Shown: positions 28,411 through 38,586 of the stretch, piece after piece
Layout: the number at the start of each line of letters is the position of its first letter
How positions within the stretch are numbered: position 1 is the stretch's first letter
Assembly (NCBI GenBank): GCA_020051015.1
Contig: JAGVJQ010000020.1
Coordinates: 1-62,242, forward strand
DNA from: Gammaproteobacteria bacterium
GTDB lineage: Bacteria > Pseudomonadota > Gammaproteobacteria > UBA1113
DNA: 62,242 nt
Reading direction: 5' to 3'
Notes under the pieces: generated by a model
What the model saw: the letters and a program-made list of their open reading frames with translations, nothing else
Told to the model about the DNA's origin: nothing
Databases searched by the model: none
Program-made: the position numbers and the translations under genes

Positions 28411-30300
28411 ATGGATTTGAATGCACATTTTGATGTAATTGTTGTTGGTGGTGGTCATGCCGGCACAGAGGCTGCCTTAGCGGCGGCGCGCATGGGCGCA
28501 AAAACATTACTGTTATCACATAATATCGAGACCTTGGGGCAAATGTCTTGTAATCCAGCCATTGGCGGGATTGGCAAAGGGCATTTGGTCAAAGAGATCG
28601 ATGCGCTGGGTGGTGCCATGGCATTGGCGATCGATAAAGGTGGTATTCAATTTCGGACCTTGAATGCAAGTAAAGGACCTGCCGTTCGTGCAACACGCGC
28701 GCAAGCCGATCGTGTATTATACAAACAAGCAATTCGGTATATGCTCGAAAATCAGCCTAACTTACAACTTTTCCAGCAAGCGGTTGATGATATTTTAATA
28801 GAAGGTGAGCGCGTCACAGGGGTACGCACCCAAGCCGGCTTAACCTTTAAAGCAAAAACTGTCGTTTTAACGGCGGGTACCTTTTTGGCTGGCAAAATTC
28901 ATATCGGTTTTTCGAATTATAGCGGTGGTCGCGCCGGTGATCCTCCAGCATTAACATTGGCTGAGCGGTTACGTGAATTACCATTACGGGTTGGCCGTTT
29001 AAAAACGGGTACACCACCACGCATCGACGGCCGTACTATTGATTTCAGCGTATTACAAGCACAACCGGGTGATACGCCGGTGCCAGTATTTTCATTTCGT
29101 GGGAAAGCAGAAGATCATCCACGACAAGTTAGTTGCCATATCACCTATACCAATGAAAAAACACATGAAGTGATTCGACAAAATCTTGATAAATCACCAA
29201 TGTACGCAGGCGTAATTGAAGGCATTGGCCCACGTTATTGTCCTTCGATTGAAGATAAAGTCGTGCGTTTTGCTGAAAAAAATTCACACCAAATCTTTTT
29301 GGAACCAGAAGGATTAATGACACACGAATATTATCCTAATGGTATTTCAACCAGTTTGCCATTTGAAGTACAGATTGATATTGTGCGCTCGATGAAAGGC
29401 TTGGAAAATGCTCATATTCTGCGACCTGGGTATGCGATTGAATATGATTTCTTTGACCCACGCGATTTAAAAACCACGCTCGAAACCAAATGTATTGAAG
29501 GCTTGTTTTTTGCAGGTCAAATTAACGGTACTACCGGTTATGAAGAAGCGGGCGCGCAAGGTTTAATTGCCGGATTGAATGCCGCTCGTAAAGCAAAAGA
29601 TCAAGAGCAATGGAGTCCGGCGCGCGATTTAGCTTATGTTGGCGTCTTAATTGATGATTTAACAACGATGGGAACAAAAGAACCGTATCGTATGTTTACT
29701 AGCCGCGCAGAATATCGCTTAATGCTTCGCGAAGATAATGCTGATTTACGATTAACAGAAATTGGCCGTGAATTGGGTTTAGTTGGCGATGAGCAATGGC
29801 GAGCATTTTGTGAAAAACGCGAAGCCATTGAGCGTGAAAAAAATCGGTTAGCAGATTGGGTTATTCATCCTCACACTGACATCGGTAAGAAAATTACTGA
29901 CACCTTATCAATTCCCATGACACGAGAATATCGCGCCTTAGAATTATTAAAGCGCCCAGAAGTACAATATAAAGATTTGTTATCAATTGCGGAAGATGAT
30001 TCGGTGCATCCAATTGTCGCGGAGCAGGTTGAAATTCAAGTTAAATATGCTGGATATATTGATCGACAATCCGAGGAAATTGAACGCCAACGTCGATATG
30101 AAGATTTATTTTTACCAATGGAATTAGATTATGGTAAGGTAATTGGATTATCGAATGAGGTACGTGAAAAATTACAACGTACTAAACCTGAGTCCATTGG
30201 ACAAGCATCACGCATTCCAGGAATAACGCCAGCAGCCATTTCATTATTATTGGTGCATTTGAAAAAATATGGATACTACGGTGGGGCAGCAACTGCTTAA
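28411..30300 (+). CDS. mnmG: tRNA uridine 5-carboxymethylaminomethyl modification enzyme MnmG (GidA)
   Basis: [19 protein letters not shown] motif; full-length GidA homology. Confidence 0.97.
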   Translation: MDLNAHFDVIVVGGGHAGTEAALAAARMGAKTLLLSHNIETLGQMSCNPAIGGIGKGHLVKEIDALGGAMALAIDKGGIQFRTLNASKGPAVRATRAQADRVLYKQAIRYMLENQPNLQLFQQAVDDILIEGERVTGVRTQAGLTFKAKTVVLTAGTFLAGKIHIGFSNYSGGRAGDPPALTLAERLRELPLRVGRLKTGTPPRIDGRTIDFSVLQAQPGDTPVPVFSFRGKAEDHPRQVSCHITYTNEKTHEVIRQNLDKSPMYAGVIEGIGPRYCPSIEDKVVRFAEKNSHQIFLEPEGLMTHEYYPNGISTSLPFEVQIDIVRSMKGLENAHILRPGYAIEYDFFDPRDLKTTLETKCIEGLFFAGQINGTTGYEEAGAQGLIAGLNAARKAKDQEQWSPARDLAYVGVLIDDLTTMGTKEPYRMFTSRAEYRLMLREDNADLRLTEIGRELGLVGDEQWRAFCEKREAIEREKNRLADWVIHPHTDIGKKITDTLSIPMTREYRALELLKRPEVQYKDLLSIAEDDSVHPIVAEQVEIQVKYAGYIDRQSEEIERQRRYEDLFLPMELDYGKVIGLSNEVREKLQRTKPESIGQASRIPGITPAAISLLLVHLKKYGYYGGAATA

Positions 30301-31687
30301 AAGTGATAAACAAAAATGGCTAATTCCATGGGCAATAGCTATTGCTATGTTCATGGAGACGCTTGATGGTACTATCATTGGTGTTGCTATTCCACGAATT
30401 GCGGAAAGTTTTCATATTAATCCTGTCGATTTAAAATTAGCGTTAACCAGTTACCTATTAAGTCTGGCTGTTTTTATCCCTATTAGCGGTTGGTTAGCGG
30501 ATAAATATAGCGAGAAAAAAATCTTTATCGCGGCATTGATTGTTTTTACGGGCAGTTCAATTTTGTGCGGTATTTCGCCTAATTTACCCTTTTTAATTAT
30601 TGCTAGATTGCTACAAGGATTTGGTGGTGCCTTGATGGTGCCGGTCGGTCGATTGATGTTGATGCGAATTTTTACTAAAGAAGAAATGATACGTGCCATT
30701 GCAATCATGGTGGTACCAGCATTAATTGGACCTGCATTGGGGCCAACAATCGGTGGATTAATTTTACAAATTACCACATGGCATTGGATATTTTTAGTGA
30801 ATGTCCCTTTTGGCATTTTTGGTATCGTGGTGGCATATATCTTATTACCAAAGACACAACCCCTTGCGGATATAAAACCATTTAATTGGCTCGGATTCTT
30901 GCTGTTTTCGGCAGGACTAACGCTTCTTACTGCAGCAATGGCAGCGGTGGGGGATAATTTCGCATTACTGAAATATGCCGCTATTTTTGCCGGGATTTCA
31001 GCTGTATTTTTATATTTATATTGGTGGGTTTCATCCAAGCAAAAATACCCATTATTAGATTTAACTTTATTCAAGCAAAACACATTTATGGTTAGCATGG
31101 CCGTTAATTTTTTTGCACGAATTGGTACTGGGGCGGTGCCTTTTTTAATTCCACTACTACTACAACTGGTATGGGATAGAAGCGCACTTTTCTCAGGCGT
31201 TATGTTTATGTTTTTAGCATTAGGCATGATGTCTTCACGCATGATGGTTAATCAAAAAATTCTGGTACGTGTCAACTTTAAAAAGTTTCTATTAGGCTCA
31301 ACTGTTTTTATGAGTTTATTATCAATGAACTTATGTTGGTTTAGTAAACCATTGCCAGATGTGCTTTTAGCTGGGTTATTGTTTGTAATTGGTATGTTAA
31401 CGACACAGCTTTATATGTGTTTTGGAATTTTATACCGCTTCGAATTACATCCTTCACAATATAGTCAAGCAGCAAGTATTGCCTCAACAATTCAACAATT
31501 CTCAGCAGGTACAGGTATTGCAGTGGCTGCAATCATATTACATTTAATTAGCAAAATTACCGGTTGGCCACTATTCTCAAGTGATGTATTCTTCTGGACA
31601 TTTATTGTGTTAAATTGTTTTGGTTTAGTGTCGGTCTTGTTTGTGAGTAAACTGGATCCGGCATTGCGTTTTGAAGAAAGTAATTAG
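30269..31687 (+). CDS. MFS transporter, DHA2 (EmrB/QacA-like, 14-TM) family, paralog 1
   Basis: [37 protein letters not shown] motifs. About 70% aa identity over the N-terminal half to the ORF at 32431-33855. Confidence 0.85.
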   Translation: MDTTVGQQLLKSDKQKWLIPWAIAIAMFMETLDGTIIGVAIPRIAESFHINPVDLKLALTSYLLSLAVFIPISGWLADKYSEKKIFIAALIVFTGSSILCGISPNLPFLIIARLLQGFGGALMVPVGRLMLMRIFTKEEMIRAIAIMVVPALIGPALGPTIGGLILQITTWHWIFLVNVPFGIFGIVVAYILLPKTQPLADIKPFNWLGFLLFSAGLTLLTAAMAAVGDNFALLKYAAIFAGISAVFLYLYWWVSSKQKYPLLDLTLFKQNTFMVSMAVNFFARIGTGAVPFLIPLLLQLVWDRSALFSGVMFMFLALGMMSSRMMVNQKILVRVNFKKFLLGSTVFMSLLSMNLCWFSKPLPDVLLAGLLFVIGMLTTQLYMCFGILYRFELHPSQYSQAASIASTIQQFSAGTGIAVAAIILHLISKITGWPLFSSDVFFWTFIVLNCFGLVSVLFVSKLDPALRFEESN

Positions 31688-31795
31688 AATGTAGGGTGGA
31701 CTAAATACCGCATCGCACACTAATATGGAATTTAGTAGGGCAATGAGGCAGTATGTACCCACCATTTGTTCTAAAAGCAACTTAAGCGAGTTTGA

Positions 31796-32434
31796 ATGAA
31801 AAATTCATCATTAAAAGAAATTCTGATCAATGGTTTGCAGCAAATGGATATTAATTTGCCTATTGGGGCAGAGCAACAACTATTGGACTATTTAGCGTTA
31901 TTGCATAAATGGAATCAGGCTTATAATTTGACGGCTGTCGATGAGCCCAAAGAAATGGTTGTGCGTCATTTATTAGATTGTCTGGCAGTGTTACCCGTAT
32001 TTCCGGAAACTTCGCCTATTCTTGATGTTGGTAGCGGGGCTGGTTTGCCAGGGATCGTGCTTGCTATTGCAAGGCCAGAGCAGCAATTTTATTTATTGGA
32101 CAGCTTAGGCAAACGAACAATTTTCTTAGAAAAAGTGGTTCGTGATCTTAAGTTAAAACAAGTAACCGTCATTAATTCGCGCGTGGAACAATATCAACCA
32201 GGATTTGAGTTTGCCGTGATTACTTCACGTGCATATAGTTCATTGAGTACATTTTTAGAGACGACCCGTCATCTAGCTAATGAAAATACCCTCTATTTAG
32301 CCTTAAAAGGTAGACTACAAATAGACGAAATTAGCGATATTAAAAATGAGGTTATCGATTTTAAATCACACGCATTAACTATTCCAAACTTAAATGCGGA
32401 AAGACATGTAATTACGTTTTATAGGAAACCATGA
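31796..32434 (+). CDS. rsmG: 16S rRNA m7G527 methyltransferase RsmG (GidB)
   Basis: LLHKWNQAYNLTAV, SAM motif LDVGSGAGLPGIVLAI. Confidence 0.9.
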   Translation: MKNSSLKEILINGLQQMDINLPIGAEQQLLDYLALLHKWNQAYNLTAVDEPKEMVVRHLLDCLAVLPVFPETSPILDVGSGAGLPGIVLAIARPEQQFYLLDSLGKRTIFLEKVVRDLKLKQVTVINSRVEQYQPGFEFAVITSRAYSSLSTFLETTRHLANENTLYLALKGRLQIDEISDIKNEVIDFKSHALTIPNLNAERHVITFYRKP

Positions 32435-33855
32435 CGATGACTAATGTAACCGAACAAGCCATTACAACCATAGATACAAAAAAATGGTTATTACCATGGG
32501 TGGTTGCTATCGCTATGTTTATCGATACATTAGATAGTACGATTGTAAGCGTTGCTATTCCGGCAATTGCAGGTAGCTTTCATATTAATCCTGTTGATAT
32601 GAAACTAGCATTAACCAGCTACTTGTTAAGTTTGGCAGTGTTTATACCAATAAGTGGTTGGTTAGCCGATCGTTTTGGTGAAAAGAAAGTGTTTATTGGT
32701 GCGATGGGTATTTTCACTTTTAGCTCAATTTTATGTGCATTATCAACTAATTTGCCTTTTCTTATTTTAGCTCGCATGCTGCAAGGGTTTGGCGGGGCAT
32801 TAATGATGCCGGTCGGGCGTTTAATTATGCTACGTAGTTTCACTAAAGCAGAATTTGGCAAAGCGATGGGATTAGTTATTATTCCAGGATTGCTAGGCCC
32901 AACATTGGGGCCAACTATTGGCGGTTTAATTTTGCATGTGACAAGTTGGCATTGGATCTTTTTGGTTAATGTACCGCTAGGAATTATCGGGATCATTGTC
33001 GCGTATCATTTAATTACACAAACCGAAAAACAAAAAAGTGAAAAATTTAACTGGTCCGGATTTTTATTATTTTCTTTAGGTTTGGCTGCAATTACTTTTG
33101 CTATGGCAGTATTAGGGGATAATTTCGAACTGAGAAAATATGCGGCAATGTTAGCTGTTTTAGCAGTGATTTTATTAACAGCTTATTGGCATGTATCAGC
33201 AAAACAAGCAAAGCCCTTGCTTGATATTGAATTATTCAAGCAAAAAACTTTTAGAATTTCTATGATTGTCAGTTTAATTGCGCGACCTAGTTTAGGAGCA
33301 ATTCCATTTCTAATACCGTTATTATTGCAAGTCGTATGGGGAAAAAGTGCGTTGTTTTCAGGTATGTCATTCATGTTCTTAGCCTTAGGAATGATTTGCG
33401 CACGCTTCATATTAGGTCAAAAGTTATTAGAAAACTATGGCTATAAGAAAGGATTATTTATTATAATTTCGGCAATAACAATTGCATCAATGAACTTATG
33501 TTGGTTTAGCCAACCACAACCATTTATTTGGTTAGCTCTTATGTTATTCATCATTGGTTTAGTCACGTCGCAATTCTATACCTCTATTGGCACCATGTCA
33601 GTAATTGAAGTTGAGCCAAAAAATTTCAGCCAAGCGACTAGCATTTCCTCCACAACACAACAATTTTCTGCCGGAGTAGGGATCGCCATGGCAGCAATTT
33701 TGTTGCATTTAATCAGCAAAGTTACGCATCAACCATTGTTTTCTGCCGATGTCTTTTTCTGGACGATTATTATCTTAAACGGCATTAATTTTCTGTCGTT
33801 ATTTTTTATTGCGCAATTAAATCCAAATTTGAAGTTACAAACTGCCAAGAAATAA
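32431..33855 (+). CDS. MFS transporter, DHA2 family, paralog 2 (ATGA-coupled to rsmG)
   Basis: Same motif set as paralog 1. Its start codon overlaps the rsmG stop. Confidence 0.85.
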   Translation: MTMTNVTEQAITTIDTKKWLLPWVVAIAMFIDTLDSTIVSVAIPAIAGSFHINPVDMKLALTSYLLSLAVFIPISGWLADRFGEKKVFIGAMGIFTFSSILCALSTNLPFLILARMLQGFGGALMMPVGRLIMLRSFTKAEFGKAMGLVIIPGLLGPTLGPTIGGLILHVTSWHWIFLVNVPLGIIGIIVAYHLITQTEKQKSEKFNWSGFLLFSLGLAAITFAMAVLGDNFELRKYAAMLAVLAVILLTAYWHVSAKQAKPLLDIELFKQKTFRISMIVSLIARPSLGAIPFLIPLLLQVVWGKSALFSGMSFMFLALGMICARFILGQKLLENYGYKKGLFIIISAITIASMNLCWFSQPQPFIWLALMLFIIGLVTSQFYTSIGTMSVIEVEPKNFSQATSISSTTQQFSAGVGIAMAAILLHLISKVTHQPLFSADVFFWTIIILNGINFLSLFFIAQLNPNLKLQTAKK

Positions 33856-33971
33856 AGCAATAAGGGATTTGTAAATAATATTTACATCTCCTTTCTTGAT
33901 CTATATCACACACCATTGAAAAAAATATTTTGCTTGTAAAGCGATGGGAATAAGATAACATCTGCCATCGC

Positions 33972-34177
33972 AATATTATAGTCTCTGCATACGACAAAAA
34001 ATTTAAGATTCGTTGAAAACCCACATACTATCAGGTTTTCAGGGACGGCCATCCATGGCCTCGCTCTCCATACCATCCATGGTCCGAGACGCCCTTCAAA
34101 CCTGATAGTATGTGGGTTTTGAAAACATCCCTTTTTCCATTCTTAAAAAATTGTCGTGTGCAGAGTATTAATGTATT
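33972..34177. repeat. ~200-bp long palindromic (MITE-like) element
   Basis: Perfect 23-bp inverted repeat AAAACCCACATACTATCAGGTTT (34016-34038) / AAACCTGATAGTATGTGGGTTTT (34098-34120). Imperfect outer arms CTCTGCATACGACAAAAAATTTAAGA / TCTTAAAAAATTGTCGTGTGCAGAG. Confidence 0.75.
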
Positions 34178-34212
34178 GGTCGACTCAATATAAATATAAT
34201 GGTGAGTAAATT

Positions 34213-36492
34213 ATGTTTAAAACATCTCCGCCTAAAGCACACCAATCTATGCCAGAACTACTTACATCTAGAGCCTCATCAGGCGAAAGTGGTTCTACTT
34301 CAATATTACATGGGCGGTTATGGCCAAACGCTAGAAAAGCCTCCCTTTCTTTTGAAGATAATGATACGTCAGTAATTAATCTTGATAGCTATTTAAACTT
34401 ATTAAGCTCCATTATTAAAGAACCAGAGACTGTAAAACAACCATTTATGATGCATATATTCGGCATGTTAAGTTATCAGCAAAAAGCTTTTTTAATTTTG
34501 TTATTAAGTAAAATAAATAATGATATTTTTAATGAACCACCTCTTAAAATAAATATTTTTTTAAGAAACTTTCAAAGTAAATACGAGATTAATTTAAAGA
34601 AACCGATTAAATCACAGGATAAAATTGAGAAGAAACCAGTGCGTAAATTTTCTTCAGCACCGGCACTAGGAGAATCAAAAGAAAATGAAGTTAAATTAGC
34701 AAATCTTTGTGTTCTTTTTTTTAATACGATAGTAGAGAGCTTCGATGCAGAAAAGAATAATGTTGCCTTGTGCGAAGAAATTGTGACCTGCTTATGGGAT
34801 GTGTTACTACAAAGTACTAATTTGTCAGAAAACAGCATGGTTTCTTGCTTTATATTGGGAAAAGATCTTGCTTGGTTTGAAAAATTAAAAATGAATGAGC
34901 AAGAAAAACTAGTAAGTAAACTAATATCAACAAAAAATATTACTTATCTTCTTGCATTGGCCTCAACAGATTATTTTTATAAAGAAAATGATTTACTAAA
35001 ACTCATTTTAAATTCAGATATGTCGGTTAGTTTTTTAGAAGGAATTTTTGAAAACAAGAATCAGGCAGCCACGGAAAAATTTTTAAATTATCATCGTAGC
35101 GAAAATAGTTTACTATTAGAGCTGTTATTCGCTAAGATTTCTGATGGAACAAATTTAAAAAGCTTATTTGTCTTCGCTAAATTCAGGGCAATACTGCACG
35201 GTTATAGGCCGATTGAAAAAATGCGTCTGTTAAGAGCGTGCCTGGAGTCGGAACGCTATGATATGTTAGCATTATTGCTTCATGTTCATGCTGAATCGAA
35301 TGTCATTGTCTTGGAAGATATCGGTGAAATGTCTAAGTCTTCCATTGAATCTCTGCAAGACGATGCTGATTCTCTTTGTGCCAATAGTTTAGCATCATGT
35401 TCTGTACTTAACGAAGATCAATCTTATGCAAATAAATTTAAAACCATGAGTTTATTGGGTGAAAATATAGAAAAGCGAGTGCTTGGTGCTATCCAGTATA
35501 AATTTATGTCACACGCAAATGTTGAACGATTACGCTCGCTTCCTCAGGGGGATTCTGTAGAACGAAAATTTTTGAAATTAAGAAAAAAATATCTTGCTGT
35601 TATTAATAGAGAACAATCTATCAATATAAAAAGGATGGAACTTACCATTTTAAGAGAACAAAATAAGTTAGAATGGATGAGTATTCATCAACAATTAGTT
35701 GAGAAACTAGTAGAAAAAATTTTAGAATTATATAAAAATAAAAAAATAGCTGAAAAAGATATTAATCAATTTGCTGACGCGTTTGGTCACTTCGCTTTTG
35801 CTCCCTTAGCTGCTCAAGATGGTAGTATGGATCCAAAAAAATATGCGATAAAAGAATTACCAGAACAATTGAAAAAATACTGTGATAAAAAATTCATAAC
35901 TGAGTTTTTAGAGCAATATTATATATCTATGCAAAATCTATATGAAAAGGATAAAGCTTATTGTGCTGAACTTGGCATATTGAATGAAGTCGATTCTAAG
36001 TCAGCTAGGAAAAAGAGTGGGTATTCCAATAAAATTGATGGGTATGTTGAATTGAATATCTTTTTAAATAAATTTGAAGCTGCGTTAGGAGGTAATTCAT
36101 TATCTGATATAATGATTAATACTTCCGTACCTTTAATAAAAAGTGTATTTTATGAAAAATATGGAATTGAAGACTTACCAGAGTCAGCAGAAACTCATCA
36201 ACCTTTGACGTCAAGATTTATGACCAGCTTTATTGATAAAACACCCATAACTAATCAAAATGTTCTTTATTTAAGGGATAATATGGTGTCCCTTTTAATT
36301 GAAGATGCTGGAAATTTAGCAATGCTTATAAAAAATAATAGCCGTGATGCAGCTGAAACTATTAGCGGATGGTTAGATAAATGGCTCCATGTTGCTGAAT
36401 ATCTTCCAGAATGTACTATGGCACCTCATGGTTCAGTATTTGACGCTGGCTGCTCATCAGCAATGAGTACAGCGTTCACTGGTGGTATATAA
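34213..36492 (+). CDS. large orphan protein (759 aa), probably alpha-helical; putative effector
   Basis: Long uninterrupted ORF with GGTGAG upstream of the ATG. I recognise no motif. Confidence 0.75.
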   Translation: MFKTSPPKAHQSMPELLTSRASSGESGSTSILHGRLWPNARKASLSFEDNDTSVINLDSYLNLLSSIIKEPETVKQPFMMHIFGMLSYQQKAFLILLLSKINNDIFNEPPLKINIFLRNFQSKYEINLKKPIKSQDKIEKKPVRKFSSAPALGESKENEVKLANLCVLFFNTIVESFDAEKNNVALCEEIVTCLWDVLLQSTNLSENSMVSCFILGKDLAWFEKLKMNEQEKLVSKLISTKNITYLLALASTDYFYKENDLLKLILNSDMSVSFLEGIFENKNQAATEKFLNYHRSENSLLLELLFAKISDGTNLKSLFVFAKFRAILHGYRPIEKMRLLRACLESERYDMLALLLHVHAESNVIVLEDIGEMSKSSIESLQDDADSLCANSLASCSVLNEDQSYANKFKTMSLLGENIEKRVLGAIQYKFMSHANVERLRSLPQGDSVERKFLKLRKKYLAVINREQSINIKRMELTILREQNKLEWMSIHQQLVEKLVEKILELYKNKKIAEKDINQFADAFGHFAFAPLAAQDGSMDPKKYAIKELPEQLKKYCDKKFITEFLEQYYISMQNLYEKDKAYCAELGILNEVDSKSARKKSGYSNKIDGYVELNIFLNKFEAALGGNSLSDIMINTSVPLIKSVFYEKYGIEDLPESAETHQPLTSRFMTSFIDKTPITNQNVLYLRDNMVSLLIEDAGNLAMLIKNNSRDAAETISGWLDKWLHVAEYLPECTMAPHGSVFDAGCSSAMSTAFTGGI

Positions 36493-36649
36493 CTTGGATG
36501 GTAAAACAACTGGACTTTCGCTTTGTTACAGCCAGCCAATGAATTTTTTTTGATACAAAGTGTTCTATCTTGCGTCAATAAGCGAAAAAAGCTAAACCAT
36601 TGTGCTAATATAGCGTACAATTAAGGTTCAGAATTTCGCTTGCGGCATT

Positions 36650-36684
36650 TATACCCATCACACCTTAATGGTACGATGGATATA
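36650..36684. repeat. degenerate copy of the TATACC hairpin (family E; better copy at 55227-55262)
   Basis: TATACCCATCACACCTTAATGGTACGATGGATATA compared with the reverse complement of 55227-55262, CTATACCCATCATACCTCAAGGTACGATAGGTATAG. Confidence 0.45.
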
Positions 36685-36738
36685 GGCCACGAACTTAATT
36701 ATCAACAGGATGTTTTATACTGATAACATGGAGAACGC

Positions 36739-37134
36739 ATGATGTTAATATCAATTTTTCTAGCAAAAGTATTTGGATTGTTTTTTGGTATTATGGGCAT
36801 TGCCATTCTTACCCGCGGTAAAAGTTTACAACTCGTTGTTAGTGAAGTTATCGATCATAAAAGTACGTTTTTCTTGTTAACCGTTTTTACCTTGGTGATG
36901 GGTATTTTGCTGATATTATCTCATAATATTTGGGTAGCAGCATGGCCTGTTTTTATTACTATTCTATGCTGGCTTATTTTTATTACCGCTATCGTCAGAA
37001 TTTTTTTCTTAGAGAAGATGCAGCAACTAGCATTAAGAATAATCAATAAACCTAATTTCAGTTTATTTGGTGTAATACCGCTAATTATCGGCATTATTTG
37101 CTTATATTTTGGTTTTGGCCATCCAGCAATATAA
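36739..37134 (+). CDS. small integral membrane protein (4 predicted TM), unknown function
   Basis: Hydrophobic 131-aa ORF; GGAGAA upstream of the start. Confidence 0.55.
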   Translation: MMLISIFLAKVFGLFFGIMGIAILTRGKSLQLVVSEVIDHKSTFFLLTVFTLVMGILLILSHNIWVAAWPVFITILCWLIFITAIVRIFFLEKMQQLALRIINKPNFSLFGVIPLIIGIICLYFGFGHPAI

Positions 37135-37177
37135 TGGGTTTGTGTTGGAGCCTGTATTAGTACAGGCTCCGATATAA

Positions 37178-37555
37178 TTAACCAACATCGTTCTTATCAT
37201 AATTGGCATATACTTTCACTGCTTTCATGTCTTCATTTAGGATCATGACTTCAGCTGCTAATAAACCGCGATTTATCTTGTAATATAAAACAATGCTTTG
37301 CGGCGATGCAAATACATCAAGTAATTGAAAATGTAAGGTATCAAATTTTTTTAATTGCTTAGTGAAATATTCACGAAGATTATTAATACCAGTAACCACA
37401 CCCTTAGGATCGCCAAGTACTTTTTGCACCACAGGCGAGCAGAACTCAATGTTATCATCATAATGTTTCATAATAAGATTGACGTCATGCTTATTCCAAG
37501 CATCAAGCCATTCATGTGCAAATTTCCAAGCTTTATCTCTATCTATCATTGACAT
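37178..37555 (-). CDS. NTF2/SnoaL-like fold protein
   Basis: N-terminal AHEWLDAWNKHDVNLIMKHYDDNIEF is typical of SnoaL-like/ketosteroid-isomerase-like domains. Confidence 0.65.
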   Translation of the reverse strand: MSMIDRDKAWKFAHEWLDAWNKHDVNLIMKHYDDNIEFCSPVVQKVLGDPKGVVTGINNLREYFTKQLKKFDTLHFQLLDVFASPQSIVLYYKINRGLLAAEVMILNEDMKAVKVYANYDKNDVG

Positions 37556-37594
37556 TCCTCCAATTTATAACAATTTGGTTAAATTAGCAGTGCT

Positions 37595-37729
37595 GTAGCC
37601 CTAATTAGGGATCAAAACGCTATTATAGCAGGATCCCTCATTCCGCATGCATACTAGCAGGATTAAAATTTAATGAGTTATTATGGAATGAGGGTTGCAG
37701 TAATTCATGCATGCTTTAATGAGGGCTAC
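37595..37729 (-). repeat. CCCTCATT-element (family A), 135-bp copy in inverted orientation
   Basis: The reverse complement reads GTAGCCCTCATTAAAGCATGCATGAATTACTGCAACCCTCATTCCATAA...GGAATGAGGGATC...TAATTAGGGCTAC. Confidence 0.8.
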
Positions 37730-37881
37730 GATACTCTTGCCAGCAATCCACATGACCGGAGATAGTGAACTGTCCTTTATATCGGAAGCCTTACGTTGGA
37801 TAAATTTTAGCTAAGTGAGCAGTAACAATGGATTTATCATAAACTTTAATGTAATAATTATTTATTTTTAAGGATGATCAA

Positions 37882-38502
37882 ATGAAAAATGTGCCTATCA
37901 AAAATATTGTATTTGATATTGGTAATGTTATGGTTAAATGGTCACCAATGGATATTGTAAAAAATACGTTTGGCGAGCAAGCAGATATTAATACATGGTT
38001 GAAGTGTATTTTCGCGAGTCCAACTTGGTTTGAACTTAATCGAGGTGAAGTAACAGAAGCGCAAGCCATTGATATTTATTTATCAACAACAAGCATGACA
38101 CCAGAACAAGCGGCGATGTTGTTTAGGCAAGTTAAAGAAACTCAAGTTTTGCTGGGAACGCATGAGCTACTACCAAGGCTTCAAAATAATTATCAATTAT
38201 TTGCATTAACAGATAATATCCATGAAGTCGTGCACCATTTAAAGCAGCAATATGATTTCTGGGATTATTTTAATGGTGTGGTGGTATCAGCCGAAATTGG
38301 CTCTATGAAACCGCAACCTGAAATTTTTCAACATCTGCTAAATAATTATCAATTACAAGCAACAGAGACCTTATTTATTGATGATCATTTACCTAATGTA
38401 ATTGGGGCGCAAGCAGTTGGATTGCATGCTTTTCAATTTGTTGGTGTTGATGATTGTAAACAGCAATTGGAAAAATTTGGTATTACTACCCATATCATTT
38501 AA
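37882..38502 (+). CDS. HAD-superfamily hydrolase (subfamily IA-like phosphatase)
   Basis: Motif I FDIGNV, motif IV-like FIDDH; about 200 aa. Confidence 0.8.
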   Translation: MKNVPIKNIVFDIGNVMVKWSPMDIVKNTFGEQADINTWLKCIFASPTWFELNRGEVTEAQAIDIYLSTTSMTPEQAAMLFRQVKETQVLLGTHELLPRLQNNYQLFALTDNIHEVVHHLKQQYDFWDYFNGVVVSAEIGSMKPQPEIFQHLLNNYQLQATETLFIDDHLPNVIGAQAVGLHAFQFVGVDDCKQQLEKFGITTHII

Positions 38503-38586
38503 TAAATTAATATTTTTACGTCATCAGGAATAATCGTTAACAAGTTTGAAGTGTTTTCTCGCATGTCGAGATATGACGGGTAAAAA

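Noticed and set aside
31688-31795. Possible REP-like fragments (GTAGGGTGGAC... / ...GTACCCACCAT) between MFS paralog 1 and rsmG
   Set aside because: The arms are only partially complementary and no second copy occurs in the window, so the evidence is insufficient.
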